Virus record (IMG/VR): IMGVR_UViG_3300033485_000002
Location: 104,261 to 168,260 of that record
Length of the DNA stretch: 64,000 bases
Reading direction: 5' to 3' (one strand)
From: a virus
The notes beneath the pieces were generated by a model, which ran no database searches, had not been told where the DNA came from, and saw only the letters and a program-made list of their open reading frames with translations. Shown here one piece after another: positions 56,145 to 64,000 of this stretch; the first letter of the stretch is position 1; each line of letters begins with the position of its first letter. The position numbers and the translations under genes were made by a program.

Positions 56145-57701
56145 ATGACAGACCTGATCGAAGTCATGCCCTTCAGCTACCAGATTCTGGAATCTGCTAA
56201 TGGGCGTTTTCGTGTCGAGGGTGTGTTCCAGCGGTCAGACGTGGAGAACGCCAACAAGCGGGTTTACCCGCGTAGCATCTGGGAACGAGAACTTAAAGAG
56301 CCGCGTGTTACCGAGTCTTTAACAAACCGGGCGATGTTCGGTGAACTGGACCACCCTTCGGATGGGAAAACCTCCCTTAAGCGTGTGTCCCACATCGTGA
56401 CGGGTTTGAATCTTCAGGATGACGGCTCGGTTATCGGTGTTGCCGAAGTTCTAGGCACTCCAAACGGACAAATTCTGAAGACACTCTTTGAATCCGGTGC
56501 TCAAGTGGGCATCAGTTCCCGTGGATCCGGGAGTGTTCAGAACGGTGTAGTTCAGGAGGACTTCAAGCTCAGCACATTCGACTTTGTAGCGCGACCTTCT
56601 ACTCCAGGTGCGCTCCCCCGCCTTGCGGGGGAAGTTAGTCGGCGAGGGAGTAAGACCGAAGACGTAACGGATGCTTCAACTGAAGTTGAAGTTGTCGATG
56701 TGATGGATGTTGACCTCTTTAACAGGCTCCAAAAAGAGCTAGCAACGTTAGAGGAAGGTCTTGATACTAACATCGACTTCAATACGTTAGCTCGTTCGGT
56801 TATCGAGCTTCATAATCTGGTCGAAGGACTCGATGCCATTACACCGAAAATGCGGTCGAGCCTGAATGAGCACATTCTCGTTCTCAGTGGCGAACTTACT
56901 CGGTTGGCTGCTGAATCACCTGAGCACCAAACGATCGTGGCAGAGTTGTTGAAGAAAGTCGAAGAGAGTCTTGAGGCCGTAATCATTCGGCCCACGAATA
57001 CTAGTGTTAAGGAGGAACCCATGGATAGGCTTCAATTCATTAAGGATCGACTCCAGGAAGCCGAGCTGGAAGCTACGGTGGATGCCACTGAAGCGGAAAT
57101 GCAGCTCGCGGCGGAAGTCGATGAGCTGCGCCAAAATCTTGAAGCCCTCGACGACGACGAGCTGGTCGATGTGGCCCTCGAAGTCGGGGTGATCTCTCCG
57201 GACGACCTCGAAGAGGATGACGATACCAGCGCCGACGACGATAGCGGAGAGACCGTTACCGTTCAGGATCTGCTCGATTATATCGAGGAGCTGGAAGGTC
57301 AAGTTGGAGAGGCGGCGGAGCTGATCGAGGGTATGGCTGCGCAACTGGAAGAGTCGGACGATAGCGACGATCTTACGCTCAAGTACGAGGCGGCTCTCGG
57401 CATCATTCAAGAGACGGTTACCCGTTACCACTTCCTGCAAGAGGCAGTTGGTGGTGAGGAGCGGGCCAACAAGCTGATGGAGAACCTTCTCCAGCGGCTG
57501 GAGTCCGACGATGAGGATGACGACGAGGACGACGAGGACGAGAAGCCCAAGAAGAAGAAGGGCAAGAAGGAAGAGTCGCTCGATGAGGCTGTTGCGGAAG
57601 TCGAGAAGCTTCTGAGCGAGGATGGTGACGGCCCCGACAAGAACATGCTTCGGTATAAGGAACTCGCTGAGAGTGTCCGCAAGAGTACCGGACTTAACTA
57701 G
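56145..57701 (+). CDS. prohead protease (T4 gp21-like) fused to acidic scaffold
   Basis: NANKRVYP, GELDHP, VSH, TPNGQI, GISSRGSGS, DFVARPS motifs; acidic coiled-coil C-terminus; AGGAG SD. Confidence 0.92.
   Translation: MTDLIEVMPFSYQILESANGRFRVEGVFQRSDVENANKRVYPRSIWERELKEPRVTESLTNRAMFGELDHPSDGKTSLKRVSHIVTGLNLQDDGSVIGVAEVLGTPNGQILKTLFESGAQVGISSRGSGSVQNGVVQEDFKLSTFDFVARPSTPGALPRLAGEVSRRGSKTEDVTDASTEVEVVDVMDVDLFNRLQKELATLEEGLDTNIDFNTLARSVIELHNLVEGLDAITPKMRSSLNEHILVLSGELTRLAAESPEHQTIVAELLKKVEESLEAVIIRPTNTSVKEEPMDRLQFIKDRLQEAELEATVDATEAEMQLAAEVDELRQNLEALDDDELVDVALEVGVISPDDLEEDDDTSADDDSGETVTVQDLLDYIEELEGQVGEAAELIEGMAAQLEESDDSDDLTLKYEAALGIIQETVTRYHFLQEAVGGEERANKLMENLLQRLESDDEDDDEDDEDEKPKKKKGKKEESLDEAVAEVEKLLSEDGDGPDKNMLRYKELAESVRKSTGLN
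57021..57701 (+). CDS. nested in-frame scaffold protein (internal start)
   Basis: TAAGGAGG-AACCC-ATG at 57021, in frame; codon bias shifts to MCP-like from here. Confidence 0.65.
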   Translation: MDRLQFIKDRLQEAELEATVDATEAEMQLAAEVDELRQNLEALDDDELVDVALEVGVISPDDLEEDDDTSADDDSGETVTVQDLLDYIEELEGQVGEAAELIEGMAAQLEESDDSDDLTLKYEAALGIIQETVTRYHFLQEAVGGEERANKLMENLLQRLESDDEDDDEDDEDEKPKKKKGKKEESLDEAVAEVEKLLSEDGDGPDKNMLRYKELAESVRKSTGLN

Positions 57702-57737
57702 CCATTGGTTGGCGATAAGATCTAAGGAGGATCGATC

Positions 57738-59129
57738 ATGACTCAAGAACTCCACGCTATGGGAGAAATGGGAAGGGCACTTGCCAATGGTAAGTGGCGT
57801 CCGCTCGTCGAGTCGATCGAGGATAAGGCCACTCGCGAACTGACCGCTGTTCTCCTGGAGAACGAGCGCCGCTACATCGACATGCTCGATGAGGACGTGC
57901 GGATCCAGAGCATCGGTTCGTTCGAGAAGTTTGTTTTCCCGATCGTTCGTGCGGTATTCCCCAACCTGATTGCCAAGGACATCGTCTCTGTGCAGCCGAT
58001 GACTGGCCCCACTTCCCTTGTGTTCTACCTTGACGCTGTCTATGGTACGACCAAGGGTGGTGTTACCGCTGGTGACACCATGTTCAGTGCCCGTAAGGGC
58101 CACCTCGCTGACGACCAGTACTCGTCCGAGGCGATTACCGGTGAGACTCTGGTGACTGCGGCGGATGCTGGCGGTCAGACTGTTATCCCGGCTTCGGCTG
58201 CTGATTTCGGTTCCGTTCGTCCCGGTACGTTCTCCATGTCGGGTGTTGTGACTGGTACGGATGTGGTTTGGACCGCGACGGACAATGGTGTTGGTGGTTT
58301 CACGTTCAGCGGGAACACTGCTTCCCCCGCTCCGACCATCAATTATGCGACTGGTGTGGTTACCACCTTCACGTTGGGTACTGCCCAGAAGGCTGCGACG
58401 GCCATTACCTGCAACTACTACTACAATTCCGAGGGTTCGGCCAACATCCCGATCGTGGACATCAACCTGTCCAGCGTTCCGGTGCGGGCGATTCCCCACA
58501 AGCTGCGTGCTCGTTGGTCCGTTGAGGCGGCTACCAACCTCAAGGCGATTCATGGTATGGACGCCGAGAGCGAGCTGGTTGCCCTCCTGTCCGAGAAGAT
58601 CCGCTGGGACATCGACCGGCGCATCCTTTCCGACCTGTTCACCATCGCGAGCGCCGGGTCTGTGACCTGGAACAAGCCCGCTCCGGCTGCCGTGTCGTAC
58701 AACGACCACAAGCAGACCTTCATCGACGCCCTGATCGAGGCTTCGAACCTCATCTTCCGGGCGACTCGTCGGGGTACTGGTAACTTCGTGGTTTGCGGCA
58801 CCAACGTCAGCAACGTGGTCGAGTCCCTCTACGGGTTCCGTCCGCAGGCTGTGGCCGGTAATGGCGTCGTGTTCGTCGGTACCCTTCAGGGCCGGTGGTC
58901 GATCTACAAGGATCCGTACATGGACGCTGACACGTTCCTCGTCGGTTGGAAGGGCAACTCCTTCCTTGAGGCCGGGTATGTGTTCGCTCCGTACGTTCCG
59001 CTGTACACCACCCCGACCTACGTGCTGGATGACATGCTGAACCGCAAGGGGATGATGTCCCAGTACGGTGTGAAGGCCATTAATGGTGATTTCTACGCGA
59101 CGGGGACCGTGACTTACACCGTTGTGTAG
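57738..59129 (+). CDS. major capsid protein (T4 gp23-like)
   Basis: AVLLENE, PIVRAVFPNLIAKDIVSVQPMTGPTSLVFYL, KLRARWS.E, HGMDAESEL, GYVFAPYVPL; TAAGGAGG SD. Confidence 0.96.
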   Translation: MTQELHAMGEMGRALANGKWRPLVESIEDKATRELTAVLLENERRYIDMLDEDVRIQSIGSFEKFVFPIVRAVFPNLIAKDIVSVQPMTGPTSLVFYLDAVYGTTKGGVTAGDTMFSARKGHLADDQYSSEAITGETLVTAADAGGQTVIPASAADFGSVRPGTFSMSGVVTGTDVVWTATDNGVGGFTFSGNTASPAPTINYATGVVTTFTLGTAQKAATAITCNYYYNSEGSANIPIVDINLSSVPVRAIPHKLRARWSVEAATNLKAIHGMDAESELVALLSEKIRWDIDRRILSDLFTIASAGSVTWNKPAPAAVSYNDHKQTFIDALIEASNLIFRATRRGTGNFVVCGTNVSNVVESLYGFRPQAVAGNGVVFVGTLQGRWSIYKDPYMDADTFLVGWKGNSFLEAGYVFAPYVPLYTTPTYVLDDMLNRKGMMSQYGVKAINGDFYATGTVTYTVV

Positions 59130-59155
59130 TGGTCGTTCTTAGTCTGTTAATCTCC

Positions 59156-59190
59156 GGCCCCCTGTAAGATGCAGGGGGCCTTGTATTTAT
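59156..59190 (+). terminator. intrinsic terminator after capsid gene
   Basis: GGCCCCCTG..CAGGGGGCC then TTGTATTTAT. Confidence 0.75.
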
Positions 59191-59211
59191 TGACTGGAAA
59201 CGGAGGTTGTC

Positions 59212-59943
59212 ATGAGTGAAATGAGACGATTCGTGTATTTCGGCAAGGTGCCGACTAACGTCTGTTTTAATGGTGTGTCTTTCCCAATCATGCCCGGTGA
59301 CGTGGTCAAGTGCTACCCGGAGTTCATTGCCGGGTTCATCTCCTCCAAGTGGTACAAGGAAGCCCCTGTCGAGAACACAAAGGCCCCGAAGCATATCTTC
59401 CCGCATAGCCCCATGTTCTTACGCCCCGATCCTACGGGTGGGCTGCCTATGCGATCGGACCCAACTGCTGGTCCTCGGTTAAAGAATAGGATGCCTCTCT
59501 CCCCAGCAATCCAAGAAGACCCTCCAACACTTCTCTATGAGAAGGTGGAAGAGGGTGGGGCCAAGGAAGTTCTCCCGGAAATCGAGGTTCCTAAGCTGGA
59601 ACTGACCACTCTTCCTGGGCAAACGCTCACTCCCCCTGAGCCGGAAGTTGTTGTACCAGCGGCAGTTGACTCTGTTGACCCTGTTTCCTTCGCGGGAGAT
59701 GAAGTGGAGGAAGAGGCTGTGCCTGCTGAGGAGATCCCAGAATTGATTGCTCTCGGGATTACAAGGTCCGCTTTACGGAAAGCCACTCGTCCCGAGATCT
59801 ACGCCCGTGTATTGGAAGTTCGAGAAAAAGGTTGTGTGTTGAAGCCTGAAATGCTTGATATTTTCAACAGTTTCAATGAGGAAACGACACGCGGTGGGAT
59901 GTTTGCGGCCCTGTGGGAGTACTACGGTTTCGATAAGGAGTAG
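59212..59943 (+). CDS. hypothetical Pro/Glu-rich protein
   Basis: GGAGG SD. Confidence 0.7.
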   Translation: MSEMRRFVYFGKVPTNVCFNGVSFPIMPGDVVKCYPEFIAGFISSKWYKEAPVENTKAPKHIFPHSPMFLRPDPTGGLPMRSDPTAGPRLKNRMPLSPAIQEDPPTLLYEKVEEGGAKEVLPEIEVPKLELTTLPGQTLTPPEPEVVVPAAVDSVDPVSFAGDEVEEEAVPAEEIPELIALGITRSALRKATRPEIYARVLEVREKGCVLKPEMLDIFNSFNEETTRGGMFAALWEYYGFDKE

Positions 59944-59946
59944 GCT

Positions 59947-60663
59947 ATGACGACGCCTGCGAACTTCACCGAGAAGTATATCTTTGACTGGGTTAAGAAA
60001 AAGCTCGGTGACCCGACTGTGAATGTAGAACTGGACGAGACTCAGATTAAGCATTGTATTGACGATGTTATCGAGCTTTTCCAGAAGTATCGCCCCAAAG
60101 AATACTACCAGGGTACGATTCTATCTGAAGGATATCATTTAGTGGACGCCCCTGACGGTAGTATGGGGGTCTTGGGGGTTGAGTTTAACCGTTACGAGTC
60201 AGAATTAGGCTCAGGATTAGAGGATGTGTTCAACCCCTTCTACTTCATCTCCTATGGCGGTATGGGTGGAGTTGACATCCAGACTTATCACCTTATGAAG
60301 CACTGGATCGAGGTGATGCAGCGTACTTTCGGTACGGAAGAAGGCTACGAACTCCTCGATGATGGCAGAGTTTTCATCTCAGTCCCAGGAGAATATAAGG
60401 TTTCGATCATGTGGGCGATGCCTTGGACGGGTCTGGAAGATCTCCACCGTCCGTATCAGCATCTTTTCCTGAACCTTGTACTCGCGAAGAGTCGGCAAGT
60501 TTTGGGGCAGATTCGTGGAAAGTACGGCCAGGGTGTTCCTGGGGCCGGTGGGCAAGTACAGCTTGATGGGGAGTATCAACGCCAGAAAGGGCAAGAAGAC
60601 GAAACAAAGTATACCGACGAGTTGATGCGGATCAGCCCGCACTTCATCCCGTCTTTGGGGTAG
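59947..60663 (+). CDS. neck protein (T4 gp13-like)
   Basis: KLGDPTVNVELDETQI; LGQIRGKY..PGAGGQVQLDG. Confidence 0.85.
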   Translation: MTTPANFTEKYIFDWVKKKLGDPTVNVELDETQIKHCIDDVIELFQKYRPKEYYQGTILSEGYHLVDAPDGSMGVLGVEFNRYESELGSGLEDVFNPFYFISYGGMGGVDIQTYHLMKHWIEVMQRTFGTEEGYELLDDGRVFISVPGEYKVSIMWAMPWTGLEDLHRPYQHLFLNLVLAKSRQVLGQIRGKYGQGVPGAGGQVQLDGEYQRQKGQEDETKYTDELMRISPHFIPSLG

Positions 60664-60666
60664 CAC

Positions 60667-61179
60667 ATGGGTCTCCCTCTGTTTGGGTCAACGAAAGATC
60701 GTAAGCTCATGGAGCAGCTCAACAAAGAGATCTATGAGCTGTTCATGCACGATGTGGAAGTTTATAAACTTCACTTCCATACCGAAACCGAGAATGTGCT
60801 CTACCACGAGGATATCAATCGGGATATCCTTGACACTCCCACGTATATTGTTCATGGCTATTCTGACGTTTCAGACAACGGACTTGTCGCTTTGTACAAA
60901 CAAGGCCCGCAACAGGACCGTCAAATCTTCTTGTACTTCAGCCGGAAGCTGTTAGAAGATCACCTGAAGTCGTTAGGGTTGGACTACTATCAGGATATCC
61001 CTGTTGCTGGAGATGTTGTACGGATTCAAGAGTCTTATTGGGAGGTCATGAACTCGGACCCGGAGGGGTTCCATATGAACTTCCGGAACTTCCCGTTCGA
61101 TTTACAGTACAACATTGTTCCTTGGCAGCGGACTGGAACTCCGAAGACTGCGACGAAGCATATCTTTGAGAGGTATTGA
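60667..61179 (+). CDS. head-closure/neck protein (T4 gp14-like)
   Basis: NVLYHED, PVAGDVV..WEV; position after gp13-like gene. Confidence 0.65.
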   Translation: MGLPLFGSTKDRKLMEQLNKEIYELFMHDVEVYKLHFHTETENVLYHEDINRDILDTPTYIVHGYSDVSDNGLVALYKQGPQQDRQIFLYFSRKLLEDHLKSLGLDYYQDIPVAGDVVRIQESYWEVMNSDPEGFHMNFRNFPFDLQYNIVPWQRTGTPKTATKHIFERY

Positions 61180-61739
61180 TGGCTTTTCGTGTACGGAAAC
61201 TTCGAGTCCGTATTCGTAAAGCCATTTTGGCGGCGTTACGCAAAATTCGTATTTTGAAGCCTACCCAAGCCCAGACGAAGATTACCTCTCGCCCCCAAGC
61301 AGTTTTTGACAAAAAGGGGATGAACGTCAAGGGTATCAATCAGGAGATGGCCCAAGAATTCGCTGATGACTTGAAGGCGATCATTGAACGCCAGCTCATT
61401 GCCTGGGTACCCCTTAGCCCCAATTATGCACGCCGAAAGCGGATGCTCGGGATGGACCCGCGTATCTTGATCGCCACAGGGCGGTATGTGAACTCCATTC
61501 AACCTATTGAACAACCGGATGGGACTTGGGTTGTATCGGTTCCGGCTGAACCACTTCATGCAGGCAGCAAGTACACCTTGAAGGATCTAGCCCGTTGGTT
61601 GGAGTACGGGACATTGCACATGCCCCCTCGGCCACATTGGCGTCCTGCCATGAATATCTGGCGTACGAAGATTTATCAAGTGAGGCGACGTGTACGACAT
61701 GACCTCGTACGGGAGCTGAAAAAGGCAGGATATCGATGA
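61179..61739 (+). CDS. tail completion/virion morphogenesis protein
   Basis: WVPLSPNYARRK..LIATG..LARWLEYGT..MPPRPHWRP. Confidence 0.7.
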   Translation: MAFRVRKLRVRIRKAILAALRKIRILKPTQAQTKITSRPQAVFDKKGMNVKGINQEMAQEFADDLKAIIERQLIAWVPLSPNYARRKRMLGMDPRILIATGRYVNSIQPIEQPDGTWVVSVPAEPLHAGSKYTLKDLARWLEYGTLHMPPRPHWRPAMNIWRTKIYQVRRRVRHDLVRELKKAGYR

Positions 61740-62572
61740 CGGGTCACTATCGCCCAGATCGTTTTGCGGATCAGGTGCAAGTAGCTTCTCGGGAACGGAC
61801 AGAAAACTATGATGTTATCTACCGTACCGATGCTGCTGTGATGAACTATTTCACCTTTTGGGAGATCTATCACGATACGACTACCAATTTGTTGATGGAG
61901 AAGATGATCCCACAGGTATTCGCCAGTCCGAGACGCGAGTATACAGAGCGGGATTTCCATGAGCAAGATGATTCAAACCGTTTGGCAACTGAGTGGGAAG
62001 GGGATTACCCCCCAACTAAACATGAACGAATCATCATGCCCTCCATTGCGGTCACTCGATTGGATGTGACGTTTGACCAGACTCGGTTTACATATGCCCA
62101 CTGGCGAAAGTTACTATACTCCAACGACCTGAATATGACGTTGGAGTCGCCATTTCCGCTACCTTACAACTTCTCGTATCAGTTCGACTTTTGGGTGTTA
62201 GAGCAAGCCCAATTGAACTCGATCATCGAACAGTGGGCACGTAAGTTTCCTCACCCGACATGGTGGATAGATATCCAATACCCGTTTCCTTGGGGGACTA
62301 ACACAGTTCATATTCAAAGCCAAGGGGTTATGAGCAATACCTCGGTTCTTGAAGCTGGTGAGGTTCAACGTCAGCTTCGTGGGGTAGCAACTGTCAATGT
62401 ATTTGGGTGGATCCCGTTGCCGTATACCTGGACTCGTACGGTACAGAAGATCACGCTTGAGATGATCGAAGAGAGTTCGCAAGAGATTCTAGAGACTTAT
62501 GAAACTGAGTGGGCCGATAAACCAACATTCTGGGAAACCGGTGACCAGGAACAGGTATTGGTGTGGAAATGA
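61736..62572 (+). CDS. tail terminator/sheath stabiliser (T4 gp15-like)
   Basis: VFASPRR, MPSIAVTR, PLPYNFSYQFDFW..IIEQ. Confidence 0.7.
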   Translation: MTGHYRPDRFADQVQVASRERTENYDVIYRTDAAVMNYFTFWEIYHDTTTNLLMEKMIPQVFASPRREYTERDFHEQDDSNRLATEWEGDYPPTKHERIIMPSIAVTRLDVTFDQTRFTYAHWRKLLYSNDLNMTLESPFPLPYNFSYQFDFWVLEQAQLNSIIEQWARKFPHPTWWIDIQYPFPWGTNTVHIQSQGVMSNTSVLEAGEVQRQLRGVATVNVFGWIPLPYTWTRTVQKITLEMIEESSQEILETYETEWADKPTFWETGDQEQVLVWK

Positions 62573-62841
62573 ACGATCCTATCGAGCAACTCCATAAAGA
62601 CACCAATGCTCGAATTCGAGCAGGTGCAAAAGCAGGTAAGTACTGGGTACTCCGTTCGGAGGATATAGATGACTATATCAGTCGAATTGTGGAGACCACG
62701 ACCTCGGGGGCCATTGGGGGTTTCTCCAAACCAATGCTCGGTAACCCGAATGATCCTGCCTTCGGTGGACGTAATAGGTTTACGAAGCAACAGCTTCGAT
62801 TTGCTGTAGATCGACTTCTTGGCAGAGTATCTTCGGAGTGA
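62569..62841 (+). CDS. hypothetical protein
   Basis: ATGA overlap; IVETTTSGAIG and FAVDRLL motifs. Confidence 0.6.
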   Translation: MNDPIEQLHKDTNARIRAGAKAGKYWVLRSEDIDDYISRIVETTTSGAIGGFSKPMLGNPNDPAFGGRNRFTKQQLRFAVDRLLGRVSSE

Positions 62842-62885
62842 CCTTTGCTATCAACGATTTATTGTGTGACCAATGAGGAGGGTCC

Positions 62886-63182
62886 ATGCCGCGATTTCGC
62901 ATCATTGGCAAGTCAGATCGAATGCGAACGGTCTTCCTTCGAGACTCTAAAACGGGGAAGTTCGTCCAGCACAAAATCATTCGGGGTAAGACGATTGACG
63001 TGAATGAGGATGAGCTTACGTTTCACGTAGCACGGCAGAAAGGATTCAAGATCCTGGATGTTGTGGAACTTCCTGACTTAACTGAAGTTACAGAGATTAT
63101 TCCAGTAGTTGAGGAGGAGCAACCCCGAAAGCGTACCCGTTCTCGGCGGCGGAAAGCTGTAGAAGAGACTGATGAGTCGTAA
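62886..63182 (+). CDS. hypothetical protein
   Basis: GAGGAGG SD. Confidence 0.7.
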   Translation: MPRFRIIGKSDRMRTVFLRDSKTGKFVQHKIIRGKTIDVNEDELTFHVARQKGFKILDVVELPDLTEVTEIIPVVEEEQPRKRTRSRRRKAVEETDES

Positions 63183-63216
63183 CACGAAGCGATAAGGATC
63201 TTTAGGAGGTTTTACT

Positions 63217-64000
63217 ATGGGTATCTATGTTTCTCCAGGCGTTTACACTCGGGAGATCGACCTCTCGCTGTATGTGCCTGCTCTGTCTACGACTATTGTG
63301 GGCATGGTGGGGGTGACTGGTAAGGGGCCGACCAATGAGCGGACCTACATCACCAATCAGCAGCAGTTCGTGGAGGTGTTCGGCCCGCCTGACGATACGA
63401 TCGGCTATGAGGCGTATGCTGCGCTTCAGTATCTTCGGCAGGGTCGTCAGCTTTGGTTTGTCCGGGTAGTTGGTGCGGCTGCGGCTGCTGCAACGCATAC
63501 TTTCCTGTATGGTATCCCGGTTGTGGATGAGGTTCAGGCAGAAACTGTTCCTCCTGATGGCATCTTGAAGGTTTTTGACGGTACTCTGGATAACTTCCCT
63601 GTCCAACCGGCCACGCTTACTTTAACCGCCACTGTTGATGCTACTCCAGTTGTGCTTACTGATATTACTGGGCAGGGTATCCTTGTGGGGACGAATTGCA
63701 CCGGGACGATTACTTATTCGACTGGTGCGTGGACGACGACTTTTGACACTGGTCATGAGCCGGATAACGCAACTCACCATGTGGCTGATTACACGTATAC
63801 CGATGCTGGGTTCCTGGCTACCTGCATTTCCGATGGTGAATGGGGCAACAACATCACTATCGGTATCGAGGATGGTGGTATCGCAGGGACCAAGAAGCTC
63901 ACGGTGTACTACGAGGGGATGTCGGTCGAGCGTTGGAACAACATTGACCTCGATGACACGGTTGGCAACACGCAATTCATCGAGACGGTGATCAACGGTA
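63217..64000 (+). CDS. tail sheath protein (gp18-like), truncated by window end
   Basis: MGIYVSPGVYTREIDLS..GMVGVTGKGP..FVEVFGPP..GEWGNNI; AGGAGG SD; not in ORF track because no stop in window. Confidence 0.93.
   Translation, partial: MGIYVSPGVYTREIDLSLYVPALSTTIVGMVGVTGKGPTNERTYITNQQQFVEVFGPPDDTIGYEAYAALQYLRQGRQLWFVRVVGAAAAAATHTFLYGIPVVDEVQAETVPPDGILKVFDGTLDNFPVQPATLTLTATVDATPVVLTDITGQGILVGTNCTGTITYSTGAWTTTFDTGHEPDNATHHVADYTYTDAGFLATCISDGEWGNNITIGIEDGGIAGTKKLTVYYEGMSVERWNNIDLDDTVGNTQFIETVING

Noticed and set aside
55418-56167. 249-aa and other minus-strand ORFs across the window
   Set aside because: They overlap well-supported + strand genes; no minus-strand gene was convincing
56916-58709. 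597-aa minus-strand ORF
   Set aside because: Antisense shadow of the strongly codon-biased scaffold and capsid genes; no SD or recognisable motifs
41378-60667. Several stop-NNN-ATG in-frame junctions suggesting stop-codon recoding or readthrough
   Set aside because: All three stop codons occur at such junctions; conserved genes are full length in the standard code; the capsid gene ends in TAG before a terminator

Overview
This is a 64-kb segment of a large myovirus (contractile-tail phage) genome. It is almost entirely + strand and uses the standard genetic code. The right half is a T4-like virion morphogenesis module: late-sigma-like gene, large terminase, gp20-type portal, HU, MuF-like head protein, fused gp21-type prohead protease/scaffold, gp23-type major capsid, gp13/gp14/gp15-like neck proteins and the start of the tail sheath. 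The middle (12.9-33.5 kb) encodes beta-rich fibre, decoration and LamG proteins, interleaved with small sigma70-driven accessory genes (Acb2/Tad1-like, Rmf-like, CxxCxxCC); a MarR regulator and tRNA-Gln lie at 8-10 kb. The most unusual part is 1.8-12.9 kb: very basic, modular proteins in which unrelated cargo domains (HExxH zincins, glycine zippers, a CxxC finger, DUF5661-like) are separated by a recurring short acidic helix ending in L/I-x-E, the cleavage consensus of T4-type prohead proteases. One cargo module is flanked by an exact 35-bp direct repeat of the linker DNA, and several modules keep their own SD+ATG. I infer a cassette-built, capsid-packaged polyprotein system matured by the head protease. 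Also seen: a recurring intergenic TTTATTG candidate late promoter, several candidate structured RNAs, an unannotated 39-aa membrane peptide with a sequestered RBS, and a secreted protein with an IFxDGFESG tail that hints at an Acidobacteriota-like host. All family assignments are by motif recognition only; no database searches were run.
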